From IMG/VR virus record IMGVR_UViG_3300025168_000504, positions 1 through 27,834 of that record: DNA of 27,834 bases. One strand, written 5' to 3'. Shown here piece after piece: positions 10,301 to 17,117 of this stretch (its first letter is position 1; each line of letters opens with the position of its first letter). The notes beneath the pieces were generated by a model. The model ran no database searches. It was given only the letters and a program-made list of their open reading frames with translations, and had not been told where the DNA came from. The DNA is from a virus. Lineage: Duplodnaviria; Caudoviricetes. A program made the position numbers and the translations under genes.

Positions 10301-13300
10301 GGGCATAGCATTAAGCATCGGGAGAAACTTCTCGAAGTTCTTGCCCATCGCTGCTTGCTTGTCTCCGGTCCCCCACTCCTTCTTCATGGAGTAGTCGCCG
10401 GATTTTATACTCTCCACCATTTCGGAGAAAGCAGTGTCTGCTGCTGTGGCGTTAAGAGACACACTCAGGTTTTGTGACGTCACCGCCATGATGTAGGTGA
10501 ACGCGAAGCGCGCGTTGCTCGACGTACCGAAGCCAGCCTCGGCTGCTGCCGCATCATCTTGCAGCATCGGGTATTTAATAGAAGCGACGTCCATTGCCCG
10601 GAGAACGGCTTCTGAGTACCAGTCAGCGGCGTTACCTGTACTCTCAAGGGCGAGCTGCGCCTCAGCAGCCGTAAGCCTGCCAAGCTGATTTATCTGCTCT
10701 TCGGATAATACCTCAGTGAAATCAATTATGGCGTCGCCGTCGAACTGATCCTCAAGCCACTTCGCAGCCTTCTCGTTAGTACCCAGCCGTTTAGTAGGCA
10801 TTGCCTCGGGTCGGTAGATCGGGTTGATCCGGGCCGCTTCATCCGCCGTAAGGCCGAGAGCTTCTGGATCTTGTACGGTAGCGCGTGCCTGCTCTAACGC
10901 ACCGTCAGGCGCGTCTTGGAACAGGATGTTGGGATCAGCCGGGTCAAACGCGCCACGGTTAAACGTGGACTTGATCTGCGTCGGCTCGAACGCGATTATC
11001 TCCTTAGCGCGTTCGTTTATAATGCCGTCATAACCCTGCGCTTTTAGTTCTTCTATTCTCGATTGCGGAATATACGATGTTTCTGCGCCATAGACCGGAG
11101 GTCTACGGCCCGCCCCGACGTTCTGAATGCGCTCTTTTATAGAACCCCAGAATGTCTGATCGGTAATGACCAAAGGGTTCTGAATACTTAGGTAAACAGG
11201 GTAAATCGCTGGGCCGGTGCCTTTTCTACCAGACCCCGTATAAGCCGAGGCATAATTTGAATCGTCGGTAAAATACATACCGGCTTGCCCGAACTGCCGT
11301 AAATACTCCTGACGCTCGGTAGAACCAGAAGCTGTAGGGTCGAACGCCTTAATGTCGTACTGGGTGCCGTGGTAGACGACCAGCGGATTGCCCTCGGCAT
11401 CGACGACTTTACTCTCACCAAACCATTCCTTGAAGCGCGGCGTCTGAGTGATGTCTCCGCCAGCCTCAGCAAGCTCTGCCTGTAGAACCTCTGTAGATAC
11501 GCCGAACTCTTTGGCTGACTGCTCAAGAAGGTCTTGGCGCAACTGGACTGGGTCGCCTTCTGTGACGTCGAACAGCTCGGCGCTGTCGAGAAGGGCCTGA
11601 TCCCAAATGACCATCTCGTTAATAGACTTCTTCTCATGCCCACTAATACCGGCTTCGACAAGACGCTCGGTTCCGTTTTCAAGCTCGCTGCGTATGCGCG
11701 AAATTAAGTTGCCGACCGACTCATTTGCGCCAATCTCAATACCGGCTTCGGCGGCTAAGTCAGCAAGCGTCTGCTGCATTTCTGAAGACAGGTCAGAAAC
11801 ACGAGACATAAAATCGACAACACCGGATAAACTTTCGGCGGGGAGGCGCGCTTCGTAGCTACGCCCACCGCGTGCAAACTGTGTTGCTTGATTTCCGCCT
11901 TCTGTTGAGAAGTAGATGCCAGCAGTTTCTCTGGGGCTTGTAGAAGTTGGGTCGTTGGCGCGGCCCGTGAATGCGAGATCTAACTTACCGCCTTCAAGAG
12001 CTGGGCCGCCGTGGCGGAGAGTAACGACAGAAGAGGAGCTGTCTTTGCCTCGTATTGTATCCCACACAGAACGAAGTCTGCCTTGTTCAAGCGCAGAGGA
12101 CTGTGCTGCGGGCTGGCCTCCCTGTATCCGCAAGTTATCGGCCTCAAACAGAGCAGCAGCGTCTACTGGCTCTCCGGTTTCGCGGGCAATGCGGACGGCT
12201 CGGGCGGTGTATCGGCTTGCAGTTAAGAGGGCAAAGGCGTCGGACTTATCTGCGTCGTATCGACCAGTAGCCTTGATCTGCTCTGCTACTAAAGAGCGAA
12301 TAGCCGCTGCGTCATCCGCAAGCTTGTCAAGAACAGGCTTAGTAAGTTCTGGGCCTAGCAGCTTGTCAACTTCCTCTTTTAGAAAGTCTTCAATACGTAC
12401 ACCTTCTTCGACGGCTCTCTCCGCCTCATCTGGTGTTAGAGCGCCTTCTTCAAAAGTGGTGTGGCGGATCAAAGAGTCAAAACCGTCTTTACCTAGAATA
12501 TGGCGTATAAACGTCTCAGCGCCTATCTGGACATCTTGACCTTCGGCTGCTGCAAGCCTTACTTCTTCCTGCGTAAGGCCCAGCGTGTCTATTGCGTCTC
12601 CATCCTGATTAAATATTAATAAGTTTTCGGCACTAATATAGACGTCTGGGGTTCCCTCAGCAGCCATTCTATCGGCTAGGATGCTGGCTGCGGTGTCTAA
12701 TTTTTCAATGGGGATACCTGAGACAATGCCCGACAACTCCTCGTTACCGCGCAACCACTCTTTAAGTCTTTTATCGTCGGCACGTTTAAGAACATCCGCA
12801 TGTCCAGCAACAGTTAGCTGTAGACTTGTCATAAGCGGGCCGCTGCCTAAGATACCTTCAAGAAGCGCCTCTTGGAAATCGTAATTTCCAGTAGCAAGCC
12901 GTCCTGCGTACAGTTCGCCGAGGGATTCTCCCAAAGTATTTACTCCGGTAGCCCTAGAAACATTCAAGGTCATAGACCGCGTAGGCTTTAGGGCAGCCGC
13001 AACTTTTATTCCCGTGAGGCTTGCAACGCTAATCGTAGCAGCGCGAACGCCTAGAAAGCGCTTCATTTCTTGGTTGGCAACGACAGAGGCGTCTGTCTCG
13101 TTTCGAGCAAATTCAGCTCTACCCGAAATTGTTCTAAGATCGATCTTTCCATCGGTTATGTCTAAGATAGATTTATAAAGCTTAGGGTCATTAATGTTTG
13201 CTAATTCTCGCAGCGCACCATGCGCCGTCATTAGAGAGAGCCCAACGGTGGGGGCACCTAGCGACGTTGCAACTAACCCAGCAGCTATGCCGGGGAAACT

Positions 13301-14401
13301 CTCCGCACTTGTAATCGTCGCCCACTTCGCCGTGGCGACTGGATTTGCAGCTAAATAGGCAAGCGTCTCTCCTTGATCAAAAAACCCATCTCCTTTAGGC
13401 ATACCGTCAATCAGAGCCTGCACGTCTGAAGGGTACTTGTAGTCTTTACCCGCTTTAATTATAGCTTTGGTGGAGATGTCAAACACCCGCACAGCTTCGG
13501 CTCTAAGCGCAGCGGCGTCTTCTGGGTCAGTAACGGACGCAGCTATTGCGGCGGCGGCACCGGCTCCCGTTTTGCCTACAACCTCAACGGGAAAAGCGAG
13601 CGGTTTAGCCACACCGAGTATTCCTAAATTTAAGCTCCAATTCTCAAATGCATCAACAAACGCCTCGCCCGGCTTACCGGCAAACTTCGCTCGGCTTGCA
13701 GCACTGCGTCTTTGAGCTTCGCCTACAACGCCCCAAAAAGTTTGAATAGAAGATTTGACTGGGGCTTCAATTACCGCATCTACAAAAGATACGTCTCGAC
13801 GGCGCGCAGCCAGAGCCTCTGCTGTACGGTCTTCAGGAGACATCATTATACGAAGGTACGTCGCTATCGAGCCCTCAGCAGAGAACATCAGTGGGATATC
13901 CCCACGCAAAATGGCCGCCTCTTCGGCGCTTTGCGCTAAACGCTCTCTAGTCGCGCTTTCAAGGGCCAAAGCTTTACGCAGCCCCGGGGTTCCTATAATA
14001 GATTTGAGTTGGTCGTCGGAATAACCTGATAAAACTTCTTTGCTAAGGCCGGAGTACGTCTTGATTGCGATCTTTTCGATGGCCGCACGATTGCTGTTTA
14101 TATCTGAAGTTAGGTCGAAGTTTTGGAGAACAGCTTCCGATAGTGGGTTTATCGTCAAACCTCGGTCAGCGGCTTCGGTATTGGGAAGTGCGCCACCCAT
14201 AAAATTCCATTGGCGCTCGGGAGCAACCACTGGCTCTTGCCCAGCCTTGTATGGCGCGACGCGACTAGGATCTAAGGGAGGGGGAGCTGGGGCTTCGGGA
14301 ATGGGTTTAGACGGGAAAACAATTCTAGGCTTTGGAGCCGCAACATCTGGCGCAACATCTGGCGCAACAGATGGCTCAGACGGAAAATTATAGACGGCCA
14401 T
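4382..14401 (-). CDS. Giant internal virion/DNA-ejection protein, polyvalent multi-domain protein (3339 aa)
   Basis: Third and largest gene of the ejection-protein block, between tail tube/GNAT and tail fibre (T7 gp16 position). Hydrophobic helices near aa 370-395; central effector cassettes; HESGH metallopeptidase; long helical C-terminus with GGYFPLMYD...TKARTG. Confidence 0.9.
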   Translation of the reverse strand: MAVYNFPSEPSVAPDVAPDVAAPKPRIVFPSKPIPEAPAPPPLDPSRVAPYKAGQEPVVAPERQWNFMGGALPNTEAADRGLTINPLSEAVLQNFDLTSDINSNRAAIEKIAIKTYSGLSKEVLSGYSDDQLKSIIGTPGLRKALALESATRERLAQSAEEAAILRGDIPLMFSAEGSIATYLRIMMSPEDRTAEALAARRRDVSFVDAVIEAPVKSSIQTFWGVVGEAQRRSAASRAKFAGKPGEAFVDAFENWSLNLGILGVAKPLAFPVEVVGKTGAGAAAAIAASVTDPEDAAALRAEAVRVFDISTKAIIKAGKDYKYPSDVQALIDGMPKGDGFFDQGETLAYLAANPVATAKWATITSAESFPGIAAGLVATSLGAPTVGLSLMTAHGALRELANINDPKLYKSILDITDGKIDLRTISGRAEFARNETDASVVANQEMKRFLGVRAATISVASLTGIKVAAALKPTRSMTLNVSRATGVNTLGESLGELYAGRLATGNYDFQEALLEGILGSGPLMTSLQLTVAGHADVLKRADDKRLKEWLRGNEELSGIVSGIPIEKLDTAASILADRMAAEGTPDVYISAENLLIFNQDGDAIDTLGLTQEEVRLAAAEGQDVQIGAETFIRHILGKDGFDSLIRHTTFEEGALTPDEAERAVEEGVRIEDFLKEEVDKLLGPELTKPVLDKLADDAAAIRSLVAEQIKATGRYDADKSDAFALLTASRYTARAVRIARETGEPVDAAALFEADNLRIQGGQPAAQSSALEQGRLRSVWDTIRGKDSSSSVVTLRHGGPALEGGKLDLAFTGRANDPTSTSPRETAGIYFSTEGGNQATQFARGGRSYEARLPAESLSGVVDFMSRVSDLSSEMQQTLADLAAEAGIEIGANESVGNLISRIRSELENGTERLVEAGISGHEKKSINEMVIWDQALLDSAELFDVTEGDPVQLRQDLLEQSAKEFGVSTEVLQAELAEAGGDITQTPRFKEWFGESKVVDAEGNPLVVYHGTQYDIKAFDPTASGSTERQEYLRQFGQAGMYFTDDSNYASAYTGSGRKGTGPAIYPVYLSIQNPLVITDQTFWGSIKERIQNVGAGRRPPVYGAETSYIPQSRIEELKAQGYDGIINERAKEIIAFEPTQIKSTFNRGAFDPADPNILFQDAPDGALEQARATVQDPEALGLTADEAARINPIYRPEAMPTKRLGTNEKAAKWLEDQFDGDAIIDFTEVLSEEQINQLGRLTAAEAQLALESTGNAADWYSEAVLRAMDVASIKYPMLQDDAAAAEAGFGTSSNARFAFTYIMAVTSQNLSVSLNATAADTAFSEMVESIKSGDYSMKKEWGTGDKQAAMGKNFEKFLPMLNAMPGDTSAERMTALDAMFRASKTVREWEVEMKAAGIPYSPPGNTAKDAVVYGSSTLGPKIGNGFWQNLNGNFDPLTIDLWMRRTWGRLTGKSIGQPDAVPAQRRRLKAAISKSRSNEQGSPDLIEMARSDLASSEAALEAHKSAGQLEGQTKKDFSAETRRLNKEVSEGKALLSDLAGLKAPEPWKAEYGKTDDALLAYSNRLITAWSKEYKRLQETYGSANIPTELQPTWARAAKAIKSNLSTPLDQIANGTQRKQVEAVGQRAREILSERGIDVTTADLQALLWYPEKELWGGLRDELEVDADGIPVVTANSLNESYDTTFARIFRSQGYEVEGIEGDGAGGSGQGAVSGQDAGSVGPEGTAGTGQAGVQDNGRELFQEVDFAGDVIFEVAPDPNNVELSARWNALPPAAQLAISDTVSKSVLPSVLEAAEAEGSVSPQIGSYLEDTNPSFSLRLTSGDPAAVANAVGFVLSQDSMVALSADAFEGSFEAGAVRIQVGDKSLQEIDAIYQTLRGIEGFPQIGGQSTTDGQMTLILEEGVDPRGFADAVDNALASEYDVKAARLQAAFPEKKDYDYASDRNDPAGSAGVARQRYRDVRDQASQEVAAAIDQYERGGQQPALEQQRGAAGPRGGFTPSDLINDQDGNPVNLIQIFEKADPTTFLHESGHFWLEQLKADALAVGGGFQQDFKTVTDWWASRPLELREEAVRRAKKDKDKDSVAALQQMTEAQVSAYARSGELRGEGPSRYLSVAMHEQFARGAEDYFATARAPSLALGNIFSQLKVWIGSVYRRFTGLDVKFSPEVTGVVDRMLSSDEEITIVEGQYSMAPLLQTAEQAGMTPTQFAAYQKNIAEAGEARRAKQLSKTNQDHKRTLTKWWKDNKDALRPEVGQEVAALPVYRLMYAITELGLADGSVLPDGEAVARMDETALVEVLQAEGYSLSDMPKVAGKTLYMEGGEAPAIVAAAFGYEDVISMIAELVEVAPYADAVEAVVESKMEETHGAFDSMYEAVDSVHIDKTAQVLAAELQALRTTEPAFKQKFVRQYAVDSLLAAATKDIRPVKYIQAEKKHADLAGAALKRGDRTEAYKHQFHRLVNHYMATEALKAQRDVDKKSAYMKTFSKPGAKFPSIEAEYVDVIKTILKSVNFKGGAAGRAERTTEIAELQSFIETRQEQDGALLSVPDFLLDPETNPNNSIRGMSYLRFLQLHEVIKRYDTQGRNAKRALKGEDAVQLSLLKAELLTTLSARKETLVSRFRAKSASEENITGFKALSLMASIDGQLLKIEALLEAMDGSVLGPWHQALYEPFSAAAVQSQELQLEVSDLIGALVAALPKSVQKSFGKAVNPSLLGGLGKPGMRITRGNLVMLALNAGNESNLDKLIRGMGGDADTKVTGAGWNISEDILNTAFDQLTEAEWSLVKTVWAHAEKLWPAVDAIYRKTNGVSPGRVEPRTITTKFGDVTGGYFPLMYDKSVAGASADAEQKDALQLMQAEAGRASVNSSMTKARTGYAAPITMNIDKLASSFRNTIHFITHYEAVQNGNKILNQPDIKAAVEIKVGAAYYKELRAWLAALAVNSNDTTDLGAVGELFNQIYTNTTVAVLGASYTTLGMQTLGIINGQDRILADVGYTPKNAAMLQKDMAFGSLKALDGQHARWIMEVSGEMRFRRENIDQNVDEALRNLKGKTSVLPVIQRTAMQAIAQVQFYSVDMPVWTAAYNTSLRSNPNDISRAVKYADRVIRLSQSAGALKDLSPIQRKAYLKPFLMFYTWFAAWYATQRGMGVEFRDNITTRPTAAIARAATRMFVLLALTSVGVGLVRGKLPDWEEEDLKTGEREHAMLKFIARESLSTFTGSIPVLREMSSGWASGFGYSGGAGTIAWETIDKAISGVAKKVPELFVEDENAKVPDDERVWSDRAKKLAPYVMLLGVLKGIPAVQPNRTAGGLGNLLDEVEGASPMDLLLGPASEDKLRRRLED
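7850..8437 (-). other. Zincin-like HExxH metallopeptidase domain within the giant protein (MPTase-like)
   Basis: RGGF...IQIFEKADPTTFLHESGH (H2029-H2033, nt 8303-8317), with a downstream HEQFARGAEDY (E2120 as candidate third ligand). Boundaries approximate. Confidence 0.75.
8389..8580 (-). CDS. Overprinted small ORF (63 aa) in the +1 frame of the giant gene
   Basis: AAAAAGGA SD, with AAGGA 8 nt before ATG 8580. Product MPVTEMTQQEVREWLGSGIVMSGIKRPKKSPQP... has a protein-like N-terminal half. Located at the 3' end of cassette 4. Confidence 0.6.
   Translation of the reverse strand: MPVTEMTQQEVREWLGSGIVMSGIKRPKKSPQPSTSTSEADNNQPSSSSAEQQAPEADLPPQT
8438..9169 (-). other. Cassette 4 of the giant protein (aa 1745-1988), uncharacterised alpha/beta domain, possibly SAM-lyase-like
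   Basis: Bounded by ELFQ and ALEQ. Motif IGSYLEDTNPSF...AVGFVLSQDSMV loosely recalls the G-x-Y...Q-D-x-hydrophobic pattern of phage T3-type SAM lyases. Confidence 0.35.
9163..9315 (-). CDS. Overprinted small ORF (50 aa) in the +1 frame of the giant gene
   Basis: TAGGAG SD, with AGGAG at 9324-9328, 8 nt before ATG 9315. Product MKSKELKEMEQEDLDREPSLDKMLDLSDPKVLQGLGKLASKIMAENSSKK. The host frame here becomes a Gly-rich linker, and the stop falls just after the LFQ boundary. Confidence 0.65.
   Translation of the reverse strand: MKSKELKEMEQEDLDREPSLDKMLDLSDPKVLQGLGKLASKIMAENSSKK
9170..10888 (-). other. Cassette 3 of the giant protein (aa 1172-1744), helix-hairpin-helix DNA-glycosylase-like domain
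   Basis: Ordered motifs DWYS, AVTSQNLSVSLN, LGPKIGNGFWQNL, PLTIDLWM, DLQALLW. GPK...TIDxW...QAxxW mirrors the HhH-GPD pattern (HhH Lys, then conserved Asp). Confidence 0.55.
10916..11518 (-). other. Cassette 2 of the giant protein (aa 962-1162), ART-PolyVal-type ADP-ribosyltransferase domain
   Basis: FKEWFGESKVVDAEGNPLVVYHGT...GMYFT...YASAY...IYPVYLSIQNPL...GYDGII...EIIAFEPTQIKS, the typical signature of this family. Confidence 0.85.
11534..12082 (-). other. Cassette 1 of the giant protein (aa 774-956), divergent ADP-ribosyltransferase-like domain
   Basis: TLRHGG...AGIYFS...ATQFA...SYEARL...AGISGH...NEMVIWD has the same motif order (H-G, G-x-Y-F, G-x-x-G, E-x-V-x-W/F) as cassette 2. Confidence 0.65.
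14341..14369 (-). repeat. 12-nt direct repeat x2.4 encoding VAPDVAPDVA at the N-terminus of the giant protein
   Basis: caacatctggcg caacatctggcg caaca on the + strand. Confidence 0.7.
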
Positions 14402-16456
14402 CTATTGTTGCCCCCACGCCTTGAGAAAGTCAGCCTTGGTTTTGGTGGACATGCTAGCGTACCAACCCAACACAGCGGCCACATCAGTTGCATTGTAAGA
14501 GATATTGGGAGTTGTCTTGCGAGTTTGTTCGATAAGAAAGTCTAGGAGGGAAGCAGGGACGCCTGCGTCTGCGGCGTCGCTATACGCCGTCTCCTGTTTC
14601 TGCAGCTCGGCGCGTGCATCAGGCAGAGTGTCTACATCCAAATACTTGGCAAGAGTAGTCAAGTTGATAGGGCCTTCCATGTCGTCGAACGCCTGCTTCA
14701 TAACCTGCTCCGTTTTACCGAATACAACTGCCAAGAACCGGCGGTTCTTGCGACCGGGTTGTAGTTCTGCAGTGAACTCGTCGAAGTCTGGCTCTGTTTC
14801 TGCAACAGTTAACGCACCACGAATAGTGTATTTGTCGGCCATCATAAAATTATCTGTAATTGCTACTCGAATTAAAACACCGGAGACAGCTTTCTCGATA
14901 TCCTTCATATCGGGAGCTTTGCCTTGCTCCGCTGCTCGCTGCTGCACGTCTAAAATAGCGGCCTTCATAGTTTCATTATATTTATTAAGACTACTTCTTT
15001 GATTACTCGGTACACCGATACGGTTAAGTACGCTACCTACGGTTACAGGGTTTTTGCCAGCCAGCTTCTCTAGGCTTTTCTCTACCCTATCTTGGATTAG
15101 TTCTAAGTCGTTGTAATCAACTCTATCGAGAAATTGCTTAAACTTACCGGATTTCATTGCCGCGACAAACTGAGCGGGGTGGCTTATAGCCAACCCGGAT
15201 AATGTGCGCTCAATCCCATCAAACGAGACGGCAGCGCCTTTCTCTACCTCTACCCACTTTTTATCGGCTATGGACTCCCCTTGTGCCTCACTAACTTTCT
15301 TCACATTAGATGGTAAAAGTAGCCGGGGATATGCGGCAAAAAACTCCTTTAGTTGCACGACGTTTTCCGGTGCCATAGGGTTTTGATCTTTACGAATCAT
15401 ATCGACGTAGAGGGAAGCCTGCGCGTTGACAAGATCAGTGCGGGCTTGCGACCTATTACCCGCATACGCGGTAAATTCTTGATTGAGGTCTTGCTGCTTC
15501 TGTGGGTCATTGGGGTAAGCCGCATAAACAGAGGCCCGGATTGCGGAGACCGACGGCTCGTTTCCGTCTACCGTAAGTTTGCGGACAATATCGGTAAGCT
15601 GGACACGCGCCTCAACACGTCCTCGCAAAGGTGCAACTCGGGCCTCGGCGGCTGTCCTGTCAGCCGTGTCTTTTCCAAAATCAGGATTATCTGCTAAGAA
15701 GGCAATGGCTTCGGCTTCTTTCCCATCAGCAAGAAGTTTGCTGATTGCTTGGGATACACCCTTCCCCTCATACGCCCTAATACTATTTTCAAGAATTAAT
15801 CTCTTATCCTTTTTAGCAGGGTCGTCGCCGTTGTAGTTTATAAGGGCCGGATCAATGCCAGCGGCTTCGGCCTCTAAATTGAGTACAGTGCTTTCAGAAG
15901 CGCTTCTAAAAGCCTTAACGCCTTCCGCCGTTAAATTAGCTACAAGAGTTTGGGTGGCAGTACCAATACGAGCTGCTGATACTTGCTTAGTTACCGTGTT
16001 CTTACCAGCGGTGAACGCTGCGACAGAGGCTGCAGAGAACTGGCTCTGAGATACTGTAGAGAAATTGTCTGCGGCAGTGTTACTAGAAGGAAGCTGAAAA
16101 TTATATTTAGCCCGCACATCTGCTACAAAAGCATTAAATTCAGTCGGTGCTGTAGCAGCGGCGTCTTGTTGCGCCTGCCCGACAAGAGACTTTATGCGAG
16201 CGTTTTCGCTAAGCTGATACGCTTTGACTTCAGTCTCAAATTTAGTTAGGTCTCTCGTGTCGTCTTCCTCAACATCTTTTATAACCGCTGTGCTGAGAGC
16301 ATCGGCCCCTTTAGCGAGCTGACCCAAGGTGCGCGCTTGAGCAGCGCCAAACACGTCCTTGTCGGGGTTAAGATTTTGAAATGGCGTCGGAGTGAACTGA
16401 GACTGTACAGACCCTATTGCTTGTCCACGCAATGCTGGTGTTGGTATTCTAGCCAT
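14402..16456 (-). CDS. Internal virion (ejection) protein, T7 gp15 position (684 aa)
   Basis: Start re-assigned to ATG 16456 (MARIPT..., a typical start for this class). Ala-rich helical composition; stop abuts the start of the giant gene. Confidence 0.8.
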   Translation of the reverse strand: MARIPTPALRGQAIGSVQSQFTPTPFQNLNPDKDVFGAAQARTLGQLAKGADALSTAVIKDVEEDDTRDLTKFETEVKAYQLSENARIKSLVGQAQQDAAATAPTEFNAFVADVRAKYNFQLPSSNTAADNFSTVSQSQFSAASVAAFTAGKNTVTKQVSAARIGTATQTLVANLTAEGVKAFRSASESTVLNLEAEAAGIDPALINYNGDDPAKKDKRLILENSIRAYEGKGVSQAISKLLADGKEAEAIAFLADNPDFGKDTADRTAAEARVAPLRGRVEARVQLTDIVRKLTVDGNEPSVSAIRASVYAAYPNDPQKQQDLNQEFTAYAGNRSQARTDLVNAQASLYVDMIRKDQNPMAPENVVQLKEFFAAYPRLLLPSNVKKVSEAQGESIADKKWVEVEKGAAVSFDGIERTLSGLAISHPAQFVAAMKSGKFKQFLDRVDYNDLELIQDRVEKSLEKLAGKNPVTVGSVLNRIGVPSNQRSSLNKYNETMKAAILDVQQRAAEQGKAPDMKDIEKAVSGVLIRVAITDNFMMADKYTIRGALTVAETEPDFDEFTAELQPGRKNRRFLAVVFGKTEQVMKQAFDDMEGPINLTTLAKYLDVDTLPDARAELQKQETAYSDAADAGVPASLLDFLIEQTRKTTPNISYNATDVAAVLGWYASMSTKTKADFLKAWGQQ

Positions 16457-16458
16457 TA

Positions 16459-16560
16459 TTAAATATCCATAATCGACATCTGTTTCCAAATCATCTTAGC
16501 CATGAGAATAAGCGCTGCGCCGCAAGCGCTGATAAGGATCATCTCCAATCGCTTGATGCG
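16459..16560 (-). pseudogene. 3' fragment of a second XhlA/holin-like gene; may be expressed as a 27-aa peptide (16459..16542)
   Basis: Reads RIKRLEMILISACGAALILMAKMIWKQMSIMDI*, with 16 of 26 residues identical to the C-terminus of the 1722..1889 product. No upstream ATG in this frame; an internal ATG at 16542 overlaps the upstream TGA. Confidence 0.7.
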
Positions 16561-17117
16561 CTCAATCTTGGGTACGCTGTACTGCCTCCGCCGCCCCACC
16601 ACCCAGCCGTTTTGCCTGCGCCGTATACTTTACCTGCGCCGCCTAATAGAGATCCCACAGCACTCATGCCGGGGCTTTGCTGGGACGCTTTGAGAGACTG
16701 CAAACCAGCTTCAGCTTGGAAGTTTACGCCCTGCACTTTTGCTGCTTGAACTTGCTGCGCGTAGCGATCTCGCAGTTTTAAAATGTCGTACTCACCTTCA
16801 CCAGCAAGGTCTATCTGCAGGCCCGTAGCTGTAACTCCGAGATCGTCATCTACTAGTAAGCCATTAGCCGCTAGGCGCGCTCTGGCTGCACCCCTAGTAG
16901 CTTTGAGACGCTCGCGTTGCTCGTCTTCGGCAATATCACCGTACTGCTGAAGTCGTTGTGCATTCTGCTGCGCGACGATGGCGTTATTGTTTGCCACTTG
17001 CGCTTGGTAGTCTGCCTGCGCTTGGGCGGCAGACGATTGTTGCATAGCACTTACAGCACTAAACGCCACCGACGCTACTTTTCCTATTGCGGTCAACGTC
17101 GCTGCACTAATACACAT
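16539..17117 (-). CDS. Internal virion (ejection) protein, T7 gp14 position (192 aa)
   Basis: Met-Cys start, hydrophobic N-terminus, Gln/Ala-rich coiled coil, GAARARLAANG motif, Gly-rich C-terminus; follows the GNAT gene with TAATG overlap. Confidence 0.85.
   Translation of the reverse strand: MCISAATLTAIGKVASVAFSAVSAMQQSSAAQAQADYQAQVANNNAIVAQQNAQRLQQYGDIAEDEQRERLKATRGAARARLAANGLLVDDDLGVTATGLQIDLAGEGEYDILKLRDRYAQQVQAAKVQGVNFQAEAGLQSLKASQQSPGMSAVGSLLGGAGKVYGAGKTAGWWGGGGSTAYPRLSASSDWR

Noticed and set aside
8710-10683. Other same-strand alternative-frame ORFs in the giant gene (8710..8931, 9700..9897, 10480..10683)
   Set aside because: No clear SD, Arg-rich shadow composition, and they overlie conserved catalytic-looking motifs rather than linkers.
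11188-11682. 164-aa same-strand alternative-frame ORF spanning the cassette 1/2 junction, as a possible third nested gene
   Set aside because: No SD before its TTG or internal ATG, and Arg/Ser-rich shadow composition over a strongly constrained ART-coding region.
8438-12094. LxQ junctions as DNA-level recombination sites (integron- or shufflon-like)
   Set aside because: The nucleotide sequences at the junctions differ at synonymous positions and show no extended repeat or palindrome, and there is no recombinase in the window.
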